A stretch of 64,000 nucleotides of DNA from Eubacteriales bacterium (GTDB lineage: Bacteria; Bacillota; Clostridia; Oscillospirales; CAG-272). Location of the stretch: positions 11,341-75,340 of the forward strand of contig JAZRIJ010000043.1 of NCBI GenBank assembly GCA_045645205.1, written 5' to 3'. Shown piece by piece: positions 37,892-46,743 of the stretch; positions within the stretch are counted from its first letter, which is position 1; every line of letters begins with the position of its first letter. Position numbers and translations under genes: made by a program. Under the pieces are notes generated by a model that saw nothing but the letters and a program-made list of their open reading frames with translations, did no database searches and was not told the origin of the DNA.

Positions 37892-38766
37892 TTGCCTAAA
37901 ATATCAGACAGATTGCTCTGAATCTTCTGCGCAACATCAGGCTTGTTCATTGAGTAAACGTGCACGTTGGTAATACCGTTTGCATAAAGATCAATTATCT
38001 GGTCTGTTGCATAAGCTATACCCGCCTGCTTCATAGCCGCAGGATCACAGCCAAACTTGTCCACTATACTTTTGAATCGTTGCGGCATAAAAGACCCTGA
38101 CAGCTTGATCGCTCTCTCAACCTGATTTGCATTGGTGATAGGCATAATACCCGGAATTATCGGAACGGTTATTCCTGCCTCACGGATTTTATATAAGAAA
38201 TTATAAAGAAGATTGTTATCAAAAAACATCTGCGTGGTTAGAAAATCACAGCCTGCATCAACTTTTTCTTTCAGATATTTAATATCATCCTTTTGATTCG
38301 CACTTTCGGTATGTATCTCGGGATAGCATGCGCCTCCGATACAAAAGTTTTGGTCGGCACTCTTCAATTCATATATAAGGTCGATTGCATACTTGTAATC
38401 CCATCCGCTTCTGTCAGCATTTTCAAGTCCTGCGGGAATATCGCCGCGAAGAGCCATTACATTTGTAATGCCTGCCTCTTTGATTTCTTTTATTTTCTGC
38501 TTAACAGTTTCTTTGGTTGAAGAAACGCATGTCAAGTGCGCCAATGTAGGCACACCGTAAAGCTCCTTAATATTTTTTGCAATATCAAGTGTAAACTTGC
38601 TTGTTCCGCCTCCCGCGCCATATGTAACGCTCATAAAAGAGGGGCGGAGCTTTGCAATTTCCTCGGTTGCAATCTTCACGCTTTCAAAGCTTGTCTCGGT
38701 TTTGGGCGGAAAAACCTCAAAAGAAAGACACGGTGTATTTTGTGTAAGCAGATCTATAATTTTCAT
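37888..38766 (-). CDS. metF: methylenetetrahydrofolate reductase
   Basis: LSFEVFPPKT, SVTYGAGG, HLTC and ALRGD motifs. The start is taken at MKIIDLL, because the -10 element at 38804..38809 puts the TSS downstream of the longer ORF start. Confidence 0.92.
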   Translation of the reverse strand: MKIIDLLTQNTPCLSFEVFPPKTETSFESVKIATEEIAKLRPSFMSVTYGAGGGTSKFTLDIAKNIKELYGVPTLAHLTCVSSTKETVKQKIKEIKEAGITNVMALRGDIPAGLENADRSGWDYKYAIDLIYELKSADQNFCIGGACYPEIHTESANQKDDIKYLKEKVDAGCDFLTTQMFFDNNLLYNFLYKIREAGITVPIIPGIMPITNANQVERAIKLSGSFMPQRFKSIVDKFGCDPAAMKQAGIAYATDQIIDLYANGITNVHVYSMNKPDVAQKIQSNLSDILGK

Positions 38767-38803
38767 ATACAATTCTCCCACTGTGGAAATAATCAATATT
38801 GTA

Positions 38804-38833
38804 ATTATACACCCATACCCAAAACCATGTCAA
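38804..38833 (-). promoter_or_regulatory. candidate promoter of metF-metH operon (TTGACA-18-TGTATAAT)
   Basis: On the minus strand TTGACA is at 38833..38828 and the extended -10 TGTATAAT ends at 38804. The leader to the ATG is only about 30 nt. Confidence 0.6.
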
Positions 38834-39912
38834 GTTTTTTTTATGCTTCCCGCGCCGTCCCCCTCCAAAAACACAGTTTTTGCGACGATAACCAATACAG
38901 GAAATGATATCATACCGAGAAATCCGCACAGTTCAAGTCCTATATACATAGAAAACAAAGTCATCAATGGATGAAGACCTATGCTTTTTCCGATAATCTT
39001 GGGTTCAAGTATCTCTCTTACAATGCTGACCACCGCAAATATTATAAGAAGACCAAAGCCTTGGTAATATGAACCGGATATTATCTTTACAGCCGCCCAT
39101 GGAATAAGAACCGTACCGACACCGATAACAGGCAAAATATCCACCAAAGCGGTTATTAAAGCAATTGTAAATGCGTACTCGGTCTTTAATATAAGAAAAC
39201 CCGCGTATAACTGTAAAAAGGTTATACCAACGGTCAAAAGATAACCTTTTACAACCTTAATACCTGCTTTCTTCAGCCTTACTCTTGTGTTTGAAATATG
39301 CAACCTTGTCTTTTGGGGAAACATACCGAAAATATACCTGTTTATTTCCTCATAATCAGCGCAAAAGTAATATGACGCCATAATAAGAACAAGGGAAACA
39401 AACAAAAGATTTGGTAACAAAGTTATTATCTTTGTAAGCATTTCCGGAACGTTTGCTGTAAAACCTGTTAAAATATTTCGCGCCAACTGACCGAAGCTGG
39501 CAAGCATCTCTTCTTCGCTTCCAAAAGTTTTCAAAAACGGAATTTTATCAATTACATTATTCACAAGTTTAAGAATATCGGCAATCCACACATCTGCATT
39601 TTTGTTTAAAAGTCCTACGATACCGCGAAACTCATATATAAGCTTATCTAACATAAAAAACAAAATCGCACCGATTATAACTATTAACAGTAAAACAAGT
39701 ATAACACTCAAAATTTTTTTGGGTATTCCTGTCCTGCAGTGAAGAGTTTCGGCAACGGGACGTATTATCAAAGCCACTAACCATGATACTATAAACGGAA
39801 GTAACAGCTTCAGAAGATATTTAAAAAACACAAATACAAGCAGTGCGCCCAGTACAATGTAAAACGACATAACAAGTATTCGCTTATATCCCTCTTTAGG
39901 TAAAAAATCCAT
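38830..39912 (-). CDS. AI-2E family transporter / YtvI-like integral membrane protein
   Basis: 360 aa with about 8 TM segments. The layout and the C-terminal GLELCGFLGMI motif region are typical of the PerM/YtvI family. Confidence 0.75.
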   Translation of the reverse strand: MDFLPKEGYKRILVMSFYIVLGALLVFVFFKYLLKLLLPFIVSWLVALIIRPVAETLHCRTGIPKKILSVILVLLLIVIIGAILFFMLDKLIYEFRGIVGLLNKNADVWIADILKLVNNVIDKIPFLKTFGSEEEMLASFGQLARNILTGFTANVPEMLTKIITLLPNLLFVSLVLIMASYYFCADYEEINRYIFGMFPQKTRLHISNTRVRLKKAGIKVVKGYLLTVGITFLQLYAGFLILKTEYAFTIALITALVDILPVIGVGTVLIPWAAVKIISGSYYQGFGLLIIFAVVSIVREILEPKIIGKSIGLHPLMTLFSMYIGLELCGFLGMISFPVLVIVAKTVFLEGDGAGSIKKT

Positions 39913-39977
39913 AATAGATACTCCCCCTTTTTATACTATTATTATATAAAAAAGAAATGCTTTCCATTCGGGCAGAA

Positions 39978-40008
39978 AGAAAAAACACCGCAGATTATCT
40001 CTGCAGTG
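39978..40008 (-). terminator. intrinsic terminator after the ApbE cluster
   Basis: Stem CACTGCAG / CTGCGGTG (one G-U pair), followed on the minus strand by TTTTTTCT. Confidence 0.65.
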
Positions 40009-40063
40009 CTTTATCGGTAATTATAATATTTATTAGAGTTAAGCAAAGATAATCTGTAAAAGA

Positions 40064-41026
40064 CTATTTAGTCTTTGCTGTATATATTTCTTTCATTGCA
40101 TCATTCATAAAAATTCCGTCTTCGGTAACGATCAGATATTTCACCTCTCTGCTGCCGGCATATTCCTCTTCTACCTCATCTGCTCCCATAACGAAAAACG
40201 CCGTTGAAAGCGCGTCGCTTTCTGCTCCGGTATTGGCTACGACAATAACGCTGTGAACGCCGTTGTCAACGGGAAGTCCCGTTTTTGTATCGATTATATG
40301 ATTGTATTTTTTTCCGTCAATTTCGTAAAACCGCTCATAGTCGCCCGATACCGAAAGATAACCGTCATTAAGGCTTACATATCCCATCACCCTGTCCGTG
40401 TCAGCAGGATCTTTTATTGCAATTTTCCACGGCTCTCCATCGGGACTTTCACCGAAAACACCAATACTGCTTGAAAAAGATACCATTCCCGAGGTTACTC
40501 CTTCATTTTTTAAAAGCGCTACAGCCTTGTCGCAGGCATATCCCTTTGCAATACCGCCGAATTCAAGAAGAGCATTTTCATTATTTTTTTCAAGAAAATT
40601 ACCGTTAAAAACCGCATTTGTCTGTATGCTGTCAAGTGCTTTTTTTATTTCGGCATCGGAAGGATGCCTTGTACTTTTTTCCCAAAGAGCCGTCAATCCT
40701 CCTGCAAAAACGGAGAACGCTCCGTCGGTATTCTCTGTTATTACCTCGGCTGTTGTTATTATATTCTTTATATCATCGGAAACCTCTATGCCGTTTTCTG
40801 ATGCATTATATTTTGCCGTCTGTCCGTTTTCGCTGTGTCTTGAAAGAGTTGTATTAAGGGATGTAAGAAGCTCGCGGCATTTTTTTATTGAGTCAAAATT
40901 GTCGGTATCAGCATTAATTGTCGCAAGGGTATCCATACAAAAAAAGTTTTCTTCAACATATTCCCCCTTACAGGCGGTAAGCGATATACAAACAATAAAA
41001 CACACAAAAAATAATATCCTTTTCAT
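40064..41026 (-). CDS. apbE: FAD:protein FMN transferase (ApbE) lipoprotein
   Basis: Lipobox LTAC. FGGIAKGYA, SGDYERF...YNHIIDTKTG and SDALSTA are ApbE motifs. Confidence 0.9.
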   Translation of the reverse strand: MKRILFFVCFIVCISLTACKGEYVEENFFCMDTLATINADTDNFDSIKKCRELLTSLNTTLSRHSENGQTAKYNASENGIEVSDDIKNIITTAEVITENTDGAFSVFAGGLTALWEKSTRHPSDAEIKKALDSIQTNAVFNGNFLEKNNENALLEFGGIAKGYACDKAVALLKNEGVTSGMVSFSSSIGVFGESPDGEPWKIAIKDPADTDRVMGYVSLNDGYLSVSGDYERFYEIDGKKYNHIIDTKTGLPVDNGVHSVIVVANTGAESDALSTAFFVMGADEVEEEYAGSREVKYLIVTEDGIFMNDAMKEIYTAKTK

Positions 41027-41535
41027 AACCTTTTCTCCGCAAATCTACCGAAAACTAAAGCCAATGCTCCTGTTATTATTCCCGTTATAACCGACACGGG
41101 CAGCAACCATTCAAGATACCAAAATATAGCAGTATCCCCGAAAAAAACGGATGCTACGCATATCTGCCCTATGTTGTGCAATGACGCGCAGGCAACCGAT
41201 ATACCGATAAAGCTTACTCTATCCTTTATAACATATTTTGAAAGTATTAAGAAAACAAACGAAAGTAAACCGCCTCCGAGGGAAAACAAAAACGAGGTAG
41301 GCGTACCGAACAAGAGTGCGGTCAATACGCTTTTTGCAAGCATTATCATGAATGCATCAAGCGTTCCGAGATAGTATATTGAAAGCATAACGCAAATATT
41401 TGCAAGCCCTAACTTAAAGCCCGGAATGGGTATGACAAACTGCAAAGGAATAAGCGTCTCGGCGTAAGAAAAGATCAATGCCGCTGCCGCAAAAAGACCG
41501 CCGAAAGCTGCCCTTTTAGCCGACAATGTAGTCAT
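41023..41535 (-). CDS. Gx transporter family membrane protein (Hpre_diP_synt_I-like)
   Basis: 170 aa with 5 TM segments. ATGA overlap with apbE. This is the usual partner of NusG_II proteins. Confidence 0.7.
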   Translation of the reverse strand: MTTLSAKRAAFGGLFAAAALIFSYAETLIPLQFVIPIPGFKLGLANICVMLSIYYLGTLDAFMIMLAKSVLTALLFGTPTSFLFSLGGGLLSFVFLILSKYVIKDRVSFIGISVACASLHNIGQICVASVFFGDTAIFWYLEWLLPVSVITGIITGALALVFGRFAEKRL

Positions 41536-41884
41536 AATCAGCCTCCCCCTCTCCTGTTATTTTCACGAAAAGCCTTGCGGGAATGCAGGCAATAGATTCT
41601 CCGGTATCTGATATTTTTCCCATATGAACACAGCTCTGCTCAGGGCAATTTGAGTCTGTAACAACGACTTCGCCGTTTTCAATAACAACGCACAGCTTGA
41701 CACCGCCGTTTTCTATATTAACGGTTCTGTTTTCATCAAGAAGGTATTCTGTTTCTTTGCCGTCGATCGAGACCACGACCCGCTCCCCCGACTCAAAACC
41801 AAAAAGGCGGAAGCAAAAAACCCCCGCCGTTATAAGCAATATTACGGATATAATAACGATATCGCCTAACTTGACCTTTTTCAT
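41516..41884 (-). CDS. NusG domain II-containing (DUF1312) membrane-anchored protein
   Basis: N-terminal TM segment, then the pattern SNCPEQSCVHMG...IACIPARL. The start is taken at MKKVKLG after an AAAGGTG RBS. Confidence 0.75.
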   Translation of the reverse strand: MKKVKLGDIVIISVILLITAGVFCFRLFGFESGERVVVSIDGKETEYLLDENRTVNIENGGVKLCVVIENGEVVVTDSNCPEQSCVHMGKISDTGESIACIPARLFVKITGEGEADYDYIVG

Positions 41885-42022
41885 GTAACACCTTTTTGTG
41901 AAATCTTTATCTTCAACGAAAATTATACACTTTTTTATCATAAGTGTCAACATGATTTTCGGTTAATATGTTTAATAAAAACTATGTGTTTTTCACTTAA
42001 ACAAAAATTGTGGCTGCCCACT

Positions 42023-42334
42023 TCATTTCTTAATAAGATCTTTTACCAATGATGCAATAGTATCAAGCTGAGTATCATTCAGCTTCTTCATATCATCGAC
42101 AATAGCGGTTAGTTTAGAAGGATTTGCAGAGCTAATATCAAAAAACTCTGCAGGCGACACCCCTAAGTACTGACATATATAGAAAATCCCAGCCAATGAA
42201 GGCATAGATTTTCCAGTTTCAATATTATTAATATATCCTGCGTTCTGCCCAATAGACAAACTCATTTCACGGGCAGATACTCTTTTTTGTACTCGAAGCT
42301 TTGCAAGCCTCAATGCAAAATCCTTTTCATCCAT
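42023..42334 (-). CDS. XRE-family helix-turn-helix transcriptional regulator
   Basis: LRLAKLRVQKRVSAREMSLSIGQNAGYINNIETGKSMPSL is a classic HTH_3 (Cro/cI) motif. Confidence 0.9.
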   Translation of the reverse strand: MDEKDFALRLAKLRVQKRVSAREMSLSIGQNAGYINNIETGKSMPSLAGIFYICQYLGVSPAEFFDISSANPSKLTAIVDDMKKLNDTQLDTIASLVKDLIKK

Positions 42335-42405
42335 TTAAACACCACCTTTATTATATTATATCCCATACAAATAGCAGAAATATGTGTTTAAAGGCTTTAA
42401 TGCTA

Positions 42406-42471
42406 TTGATTTATTGGTTTGTAGATGATATAATACTAGAAATAACGGATACTAACCAATTCAATTGGTTA
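42406..42471 (+). promoter_or_regulatory. promoter TTGATT-17-TATAAT plus a perfect 19-bp palindrome TAACCAATT-c-AATTGGTTA (candidate XRE operator)
   Basis: The -35 is at 42406..42411, the -10 at 42429..42434, and the palindrome at 42453..42471, about 19 nt downstream of the -10. Confidence 0.6.
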
Positions 42472-42566
42472 ATAAAATTTGGCGGTACGTATCAAACAAT
42501 TTAGTACACTAAAAAACTAAAGAAAGAATCTATTAAAATCAATAAATAAAAAAGGATATAAAACAA

Positions 42567-43211
42567 ATGAAACGTGAATATTTATATGAACCATATCCAC
42601 TAAATTTTTTAAAGACAATAGCTATCAATTGGAATTTTGATGTTCCCACAGAAATTACTAACGATATTGCCGCAGGAGTGCAATACGTAATATCAACCTT
42701 GTCTGATAAAGGTCAGAAAGTTATTTATTATCGGTATCAAGAACGAAAAACTTATGAAGAAATTGCTGAAATTATGTCTTTATCAATAGAACGAATACGC
42801 CAGATTGAATATAACGCTTTGCATAAACTTCAAAAACCATACCGCTGGAATATAATGCAGTATGGTGTTATTGGATATACCCAAAAAATGTCAGACCTTT
42901 CCTATGAAAGAGGTTATAATGAAGGCTATACAGTCGGATATCATTCAGGCGTTCATAATGCGGGAGACGGTGTTGAAAAAAATCTTTTACTTCTTGATTG
43001 TTTAAAACAGCCAATTGAACAATTAAATTTATCAGTACGTTCGTTTAACTGTCTGAAACGGTCTGGGTATAACACAGTTGGAGAAGTATCACGTCTTGAT
43101 AATGAAAGTATTCAACAGATTAAAAGCCTTAAAAAAAACAATAAAAATGAGATTGCCAATGTTTTGGAAAATTTGGGTATAAACCATACTGCATGGTCAA
43201 TTTATTTATAG
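42567..43211 (+). CDS. fusion protein: sigma-70 region-4-like HTH + RNA polymerase alpha-subunit C-terminal-domain-like module
   Basis: The segment SLSIERIRQIEYNALHKLQKP is region 4.2-like. A Gly/Tyr linker follows. LNLSVRSFNCLKRSGYNTVGEV...IKSLKKNNKNEIANVLENLGI is alpha-CTD helix-hairpin-helix-like. Confidence 0.8.
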   Translation: MKREYLYEPYPLNFLKTIAINWNFDVPTEITNDIAAGVQYVISTLSDKGQKVIYYRYQERKTYEEIAEIMSLSIERIRQIEYNALHKLQKPYRWNIMQYGVIGYTQKMSDLSYERGYNEGYTVGYHSGVHNAGDGVEKNLLLLDCLKQPIEQLNLSVRSFNCLKRSGYNTVGEVSRLDNESIQQIKSLKKNNKNEIANVLENLGINHTAWSIYL

Positions 43212-43272
43212 TAAAGCATTAACTACAACTTCATACATACCCCCCTTTTTCATGTTATTTTTGCAAAAGCTC

Positions 43273-43301
43273 TTGACTTTTAATAAGGTTGGTGATAAAA
43301 T
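43273..43301 (+). promoter_or_regulatory. candidate promoter of TetR-ABC operon (TTGACT-17-TAAAAT, TG-extended)
   Basis: TTGACT lies at 43273..43278, followed by a 17-nt spacer ending GGTGA, then TAAAAT at 43296..43301. Confidence 0.5.
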
Positions 43302-43344
43302 AACAATCGATATATAACAACAACTATATTAAGAGGGGGACATT

Positions 43345-43905
43345 ATGCCGCCTAAAGTAAAAATAACAAAAGAAGATATTATAAACGCCGCCGTTGACAT
43401 TGTACGTAATAACGGAGCGCAGGCAATTAATGCAAGAACGGTTGCCTCAATATTGAACTGTTCTACACAGCCTGTATTCTCTAATTTTGCAACAATGGAT
43501 GAACTACGCATTGCCGTTGTAGAAAAATCAGATTTATTGTGCGAAGAATATATGCAACGTGAAGTAGAAAGCGGAAACTTCCCCACTTACAAGGCAAACG
43601 GTATGGCGTATATTCGATTTGCCAAAGAGGAGAAAGAGCTGTTTAAGCTTTTATATATGCGCAACAGAATGGGAGAAGCAATTCCCGAAGAATCGGAGCA
43701 TATCAACAAAATGGAATCTATTGTGCATAATAACACCGGACTTGTCGGCGCAGATGCAAGGCTGTTCCATCTTGAGATGTGGGCGTATGTTCACGGAATT
43801 GCTACAATGTTTGCAACAGGATTTCTTGATCTTGATTGGGAGCTTGTCAGCAAAATGCTTACAGACGCCTATCAAGGACTGAGAAAGCAGTACGGAATGG
43901 AGTAA
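43345..43905 (+). CDS. TetR/AcrR family transcriptional regulator
   Basis: N-terminal HTH (IINAAVDIVRNNGAQAINARTVASILNCSTQPVFSNF) with an all-helical C-terminal domain. Confidence 0.88.
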   Translation: MPPKVKITKEDIINAAVDIVRNNGAQAINARTVASILNCSTQPVFSNFATMDELRIAVVEKSDLLCEEYMQREVESGNFPTYKANGMAYIRFAKEEKELFKLLYMRNRMGEAIPEESEHINKMESIVHNNTGLVGADARLFHLEMWAYVHGIATMFATGFLDLDWELVSKMLTDAYQGLRKQYGME

Positions 43906-43911
43906 TTAGAA

Positions 43912-44640
43912 ATGGATGCTATCAAAATAGAAGGATTAACTAAAAAATATAATGATGTGGTTGCAGTTGACAATCTCTTTCTTTCTATTTACAAGGGAGA
44001 GTTATTTTCTCTGCTCGGTGTAAACGGAGCCGGCAAAACCACAACAATCAAAATGCTTTCCTGTCTTACGCAGCCAACAAGCGGAGATGCTTTTTTAAAC
44101 GGAAAAAGTATTTGCAAAGATACTTCCGCTGTAAAAAAACTGATTGCAGTATCACCGCAGGAAACTGCTGTTGCCCGCGGTCTTTCGGTAAGAGAAAATC
44201 TTGAACTAATGTGTGGAGTTCACGGATTTCCTACCGAAAAACGCGAGAAAAAAATAGATGAGCTTACCAAGCTTCTCGGATTAAATGAAATCAGCAACAA
44301 GAAGGCGGCAAAGCTTTCAGGCGGTTGGCAGCGCAGACTGAGTATTGCAATGGCGCTTATCAGTGAGCCGGAAATTTTGTTCCTTGACGAACCCACACTT
44401 GGACTTGATGTAATCGCACGTAGTGATCTGTGGGATATTATTCGTTCCTTAAAGGGTAAAGTAACAATTATTCTTACAACTCACTATATGGAAGAAGCCG
44501 AGGCGCTTTCTGACCGTATTGCAATTATGAAAGACGGCAAACTTCTGATTTGTGATACTGCCGATAAGATTAAGGAAACAGCGCAGACTGATAATTTTGA
44601 ACAAGCCTTTGTTCGTATTGTTAGGGGGATGAAGAAATGA
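43912..44640 (+). CDS. ABC transporter ATP-binding protein
   Basis: Walker A GVNGAGKTT, signature LSGGWQRRL, and Walker B ILFLDEPT. Confidence 0.93.
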   Translation: MDAIKIEGLTKKYNDVVAVDNLFLSIYKGELFSLLGVNGAGKTTTIKMLSCLTQPTSGDAFLNGKSICKDTSAVKKLIAVSPQETAVARGLSVRENLELMCGVHGFPTEKREKKIDELTKLLGLNEISNKKAAKLSGGWQRRLSIAMALISEPEILFLDEPTLGLDVIARSDLWDIIRSLKGKVTIILTTHYMEEAEALSDRIAIMKDGKLLICDTADKIKETAQTDNFEQAFVRIVRGMKK

Positions 44641-45368
44641 GAATGTGGACATTTGCAAACAGAAACACAAAAGAAATTTTGCGAGACCCTCTCAATTTGG
44701 CTTTTGGATTGGGCTTTCCACTTGTACTGATTTTTTTACTAACCGCAATACAGGCAAATGCTCCTGTAAGTCTTTTTGAGATACAACATTTAACACCCGG
44801 TATTACAATATTCGGTCTTTCCTTTATAACGCTGTTTTCATCAACAATAATAGCAAAAGACAGAGGCAGCTCCCTTCTCCAAAGGCTATATACCACACCG
44901 ATGACTTCCATTGATTTTATTCTCGGATATACATTACCCATTATCCCTATTGCGATTGCTCAATGTATAGTTTGCTATATTGCAGCCATCGTTCTCGGAC
45001 TTGAAGTTACGGTAAATATTTTATATGCCGTTGTATTTATTATTCCGGTATCTATACTTTTTATTGCCCTCGGACTTCTTTGCGGAAGTGTGTTTACCGA
45101 TAAGCAAGTCGGCGGTATATGCGGCGCATTGCTTACAAACCTATCCGCTTGGTTATCGGGAATATGGTTTGACCTTGAGCTTGTCGGCGGAATTTTTCAA
45201 AAGATTGCAAATTTGTTGCCCTTTGTTCACGCCGTAGAGTTAGAACGCGCCGTACTCTCAGGAAATTTTGCTGATGTTTTTCCTCATATATGGTGGGTAC
45301 TTGCATATGATGCCGTTGTGCTCACAGCAGCAGTATTATTGTTTCTGCGTCAAATGAATAAACAATAA
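44637..45368 (+). CDS. ABC-2 type transporter permease
   Basis: 243 aa with 6 TM segments. An ATGA overlap links it to the ATPase gene. Confidence 0.85.
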   Translation: MRMWTFANRNTKEILRDPLNLAFGLGFPLVLIFLLTAIQANAPVSLFEIQHLTPGITIFGLSFITLFSSTIIAKDRGSSLLQRLYTTPMTSIDFILGYTLPIIPIAIAQCIVCYIAAIVLGLEVTVNILYAVVFIIPVSILFIALGLLCGSVFTDKQVGGICGALLTNLSAWLSGIWFDLELVGGIFQKIANLLPFVHAVELERAVLSGNFADVFPHIWWVLAYDAVVLTAAVLLFLRQMNKQ

Positions 45369-45378
45369 ATAAAATCTC

Positions 45379-46743
45379 CTATTCACTTGCTTTTATGGCG
45401 TTGTAAATCTGAGACAATGTGTTCCACGTTGTTGAAGTTACAACGCCTGTTTCTTTTATGCCAAACAATCTTTGAAAGGCTTTTACTGCATCTTCTGTTT
45501 GATCATCAAACTCGCCATTGACAGTTAAATTTGGTAATTCCGGATATATTTCCGCCACTTTATTTAAATAACTCTGCAAATATCGCACCTCAGTCCCCAC
45601 ACTACCCAATACAAGTATATTACCTTGATATGGAACGGCTGTCTCAGAAAATGCGCTCGGCGGAAGACTTGAATAAAGTCCGTCATATACATCGAGCAAC
45701 ACATTCCATACCTCTTGGGTTACCACACCGTCAGGTTCAAAACCAAATATACGCTGAAATGCCGTAACAGATTGATAAGTTTTTTCTCCAAAAACACCTA
45801 TTATATCCAACGGCGGAACACGGCCGTCAAAGGTTGAGACAAACAACAGATAATATTGTAAAAGCTTTACTAAATTTCCAACACTTCCGTACCGTAATTC
45901 CGAGCGTAATTCTGCAGGAATATCCTCAAGCTGCTGTCCCTGATATACAAGATAATTCAGACGGTATAGGCTGTCAAGCACATATAACAGCTTATAATAT
46001 GTATCCTTTTCTACTCTGCCCGTTACATTTAAATCAAATATCCGTTGAAACTCCCTTACTGCGTCTGATGTCTCTCCTCCGTATATACCGTTTGTATTTT
46101 CTATGTATGGAATAGTAGTATAGTTTGCGGATATTCTGTTCAATGCAATTTGAAGACTGCTTATATCCGCCCCGGACTGCCCCTGAAACATAGGGTAATC
46201 AAAAAAAATGCCGTTTTGCAGTCCGCTGACCGTTGCATTTCTTATAATTATAATGTCTCTGCCGTAATAATATCTAAGTATTTCCTCATAGCCACTCCCG
46301 TTTTCAGCCATTTCAATACTGCCCTCTACCGACAGTCCGCGGCAACGTATTCCTTCATAGCAGATCTCGGCATTTATGGGATCAACATCATATTCTCTTG
46401 ATATATACTCATTAAAAATATTGTCAACAATTTCGTTTATATTGCCGTAAACGCCTGCCGAATATACATAATCCAAGTCAAGCACAGGGTCATTGGTTAT
46501 ATCAAAGCCATACCCTTGTTTCCTGTACGACCTGTCAATTATTCTGTATAACGCGCGGCTTATTTGAGCGTATATTACAGCATACAACGCTTGTTCCGGT
46601 ATGTTTGGGTCAATGGTGGTGGATGCGACACTTTTTATATAATCAGGAAAAGAAACCGTTACATTTTCTGCTTCTTCATCAGGTGCGCCGAGATGTACGG
46701 TTATGTACGCCGGTATATCCGGCAAAGCATATTCATTTGTCAT
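45379..46743 (-). CDS. SleC-like cortex/peptidoglycan lytic enzyme body with three PG_binding_1 repeats
   Basis: IPAYITVHLGAPDE...FPDYIKSVAS...RKQGYGFDITN...YEEILRYYYG parallels the mature region of clostridial SleC as I recall it. Three repeats follow of the G..V..LQ..LN...P....DG.FG..T..AV..FQ..FGL..TG.V type. Confidence 0.7.
   Translation of the reverse strand: MTNEYALPDIPAYITVHLGAPDEEAENVTVSFPDYIKSVASTTIDPNIPEQALYAVIYAQISRALYRIIDRSYRKQGYGFDITNDPVLDLDYVYSAGVYGNINEIVDNIFNEYISREYDVDPINAEICYEGIRCRGLSVEGSIEMAENGSGYEEILRYYYGRDIIIIRNATVSGLQNGIFFDYPMFQGQSGADISSLQIALNRISANYTTIPYIENTNGIYGGETSDAVREFQRIFDLNVTGRVEKDTYYKLLYVLDSLYRLNYLVYQGQQLEDIPAELRSELRYGSVGNLVKLLQYYLLFVSTFDGRVPPLDIIGVFGEKTYQSVTAFQRIFGFEPDGVVTQEVWNVLLDVYDGLYSSLPPSAFSETAVPYQGNILVLGSVGTEVRYLQSYLNKVAEIYPELPNLTVNGEFDDQTEDAVKAFQRLFGIKETGVVTSTTWNTLSQIYNAIKASE

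Noticed and set aside
38767-38829. SAM riboswitch upstream of metF
   Set aside because: The spacer is 63 nt and is largely occupied by a promoter. No room or conserved S-box helices are present.
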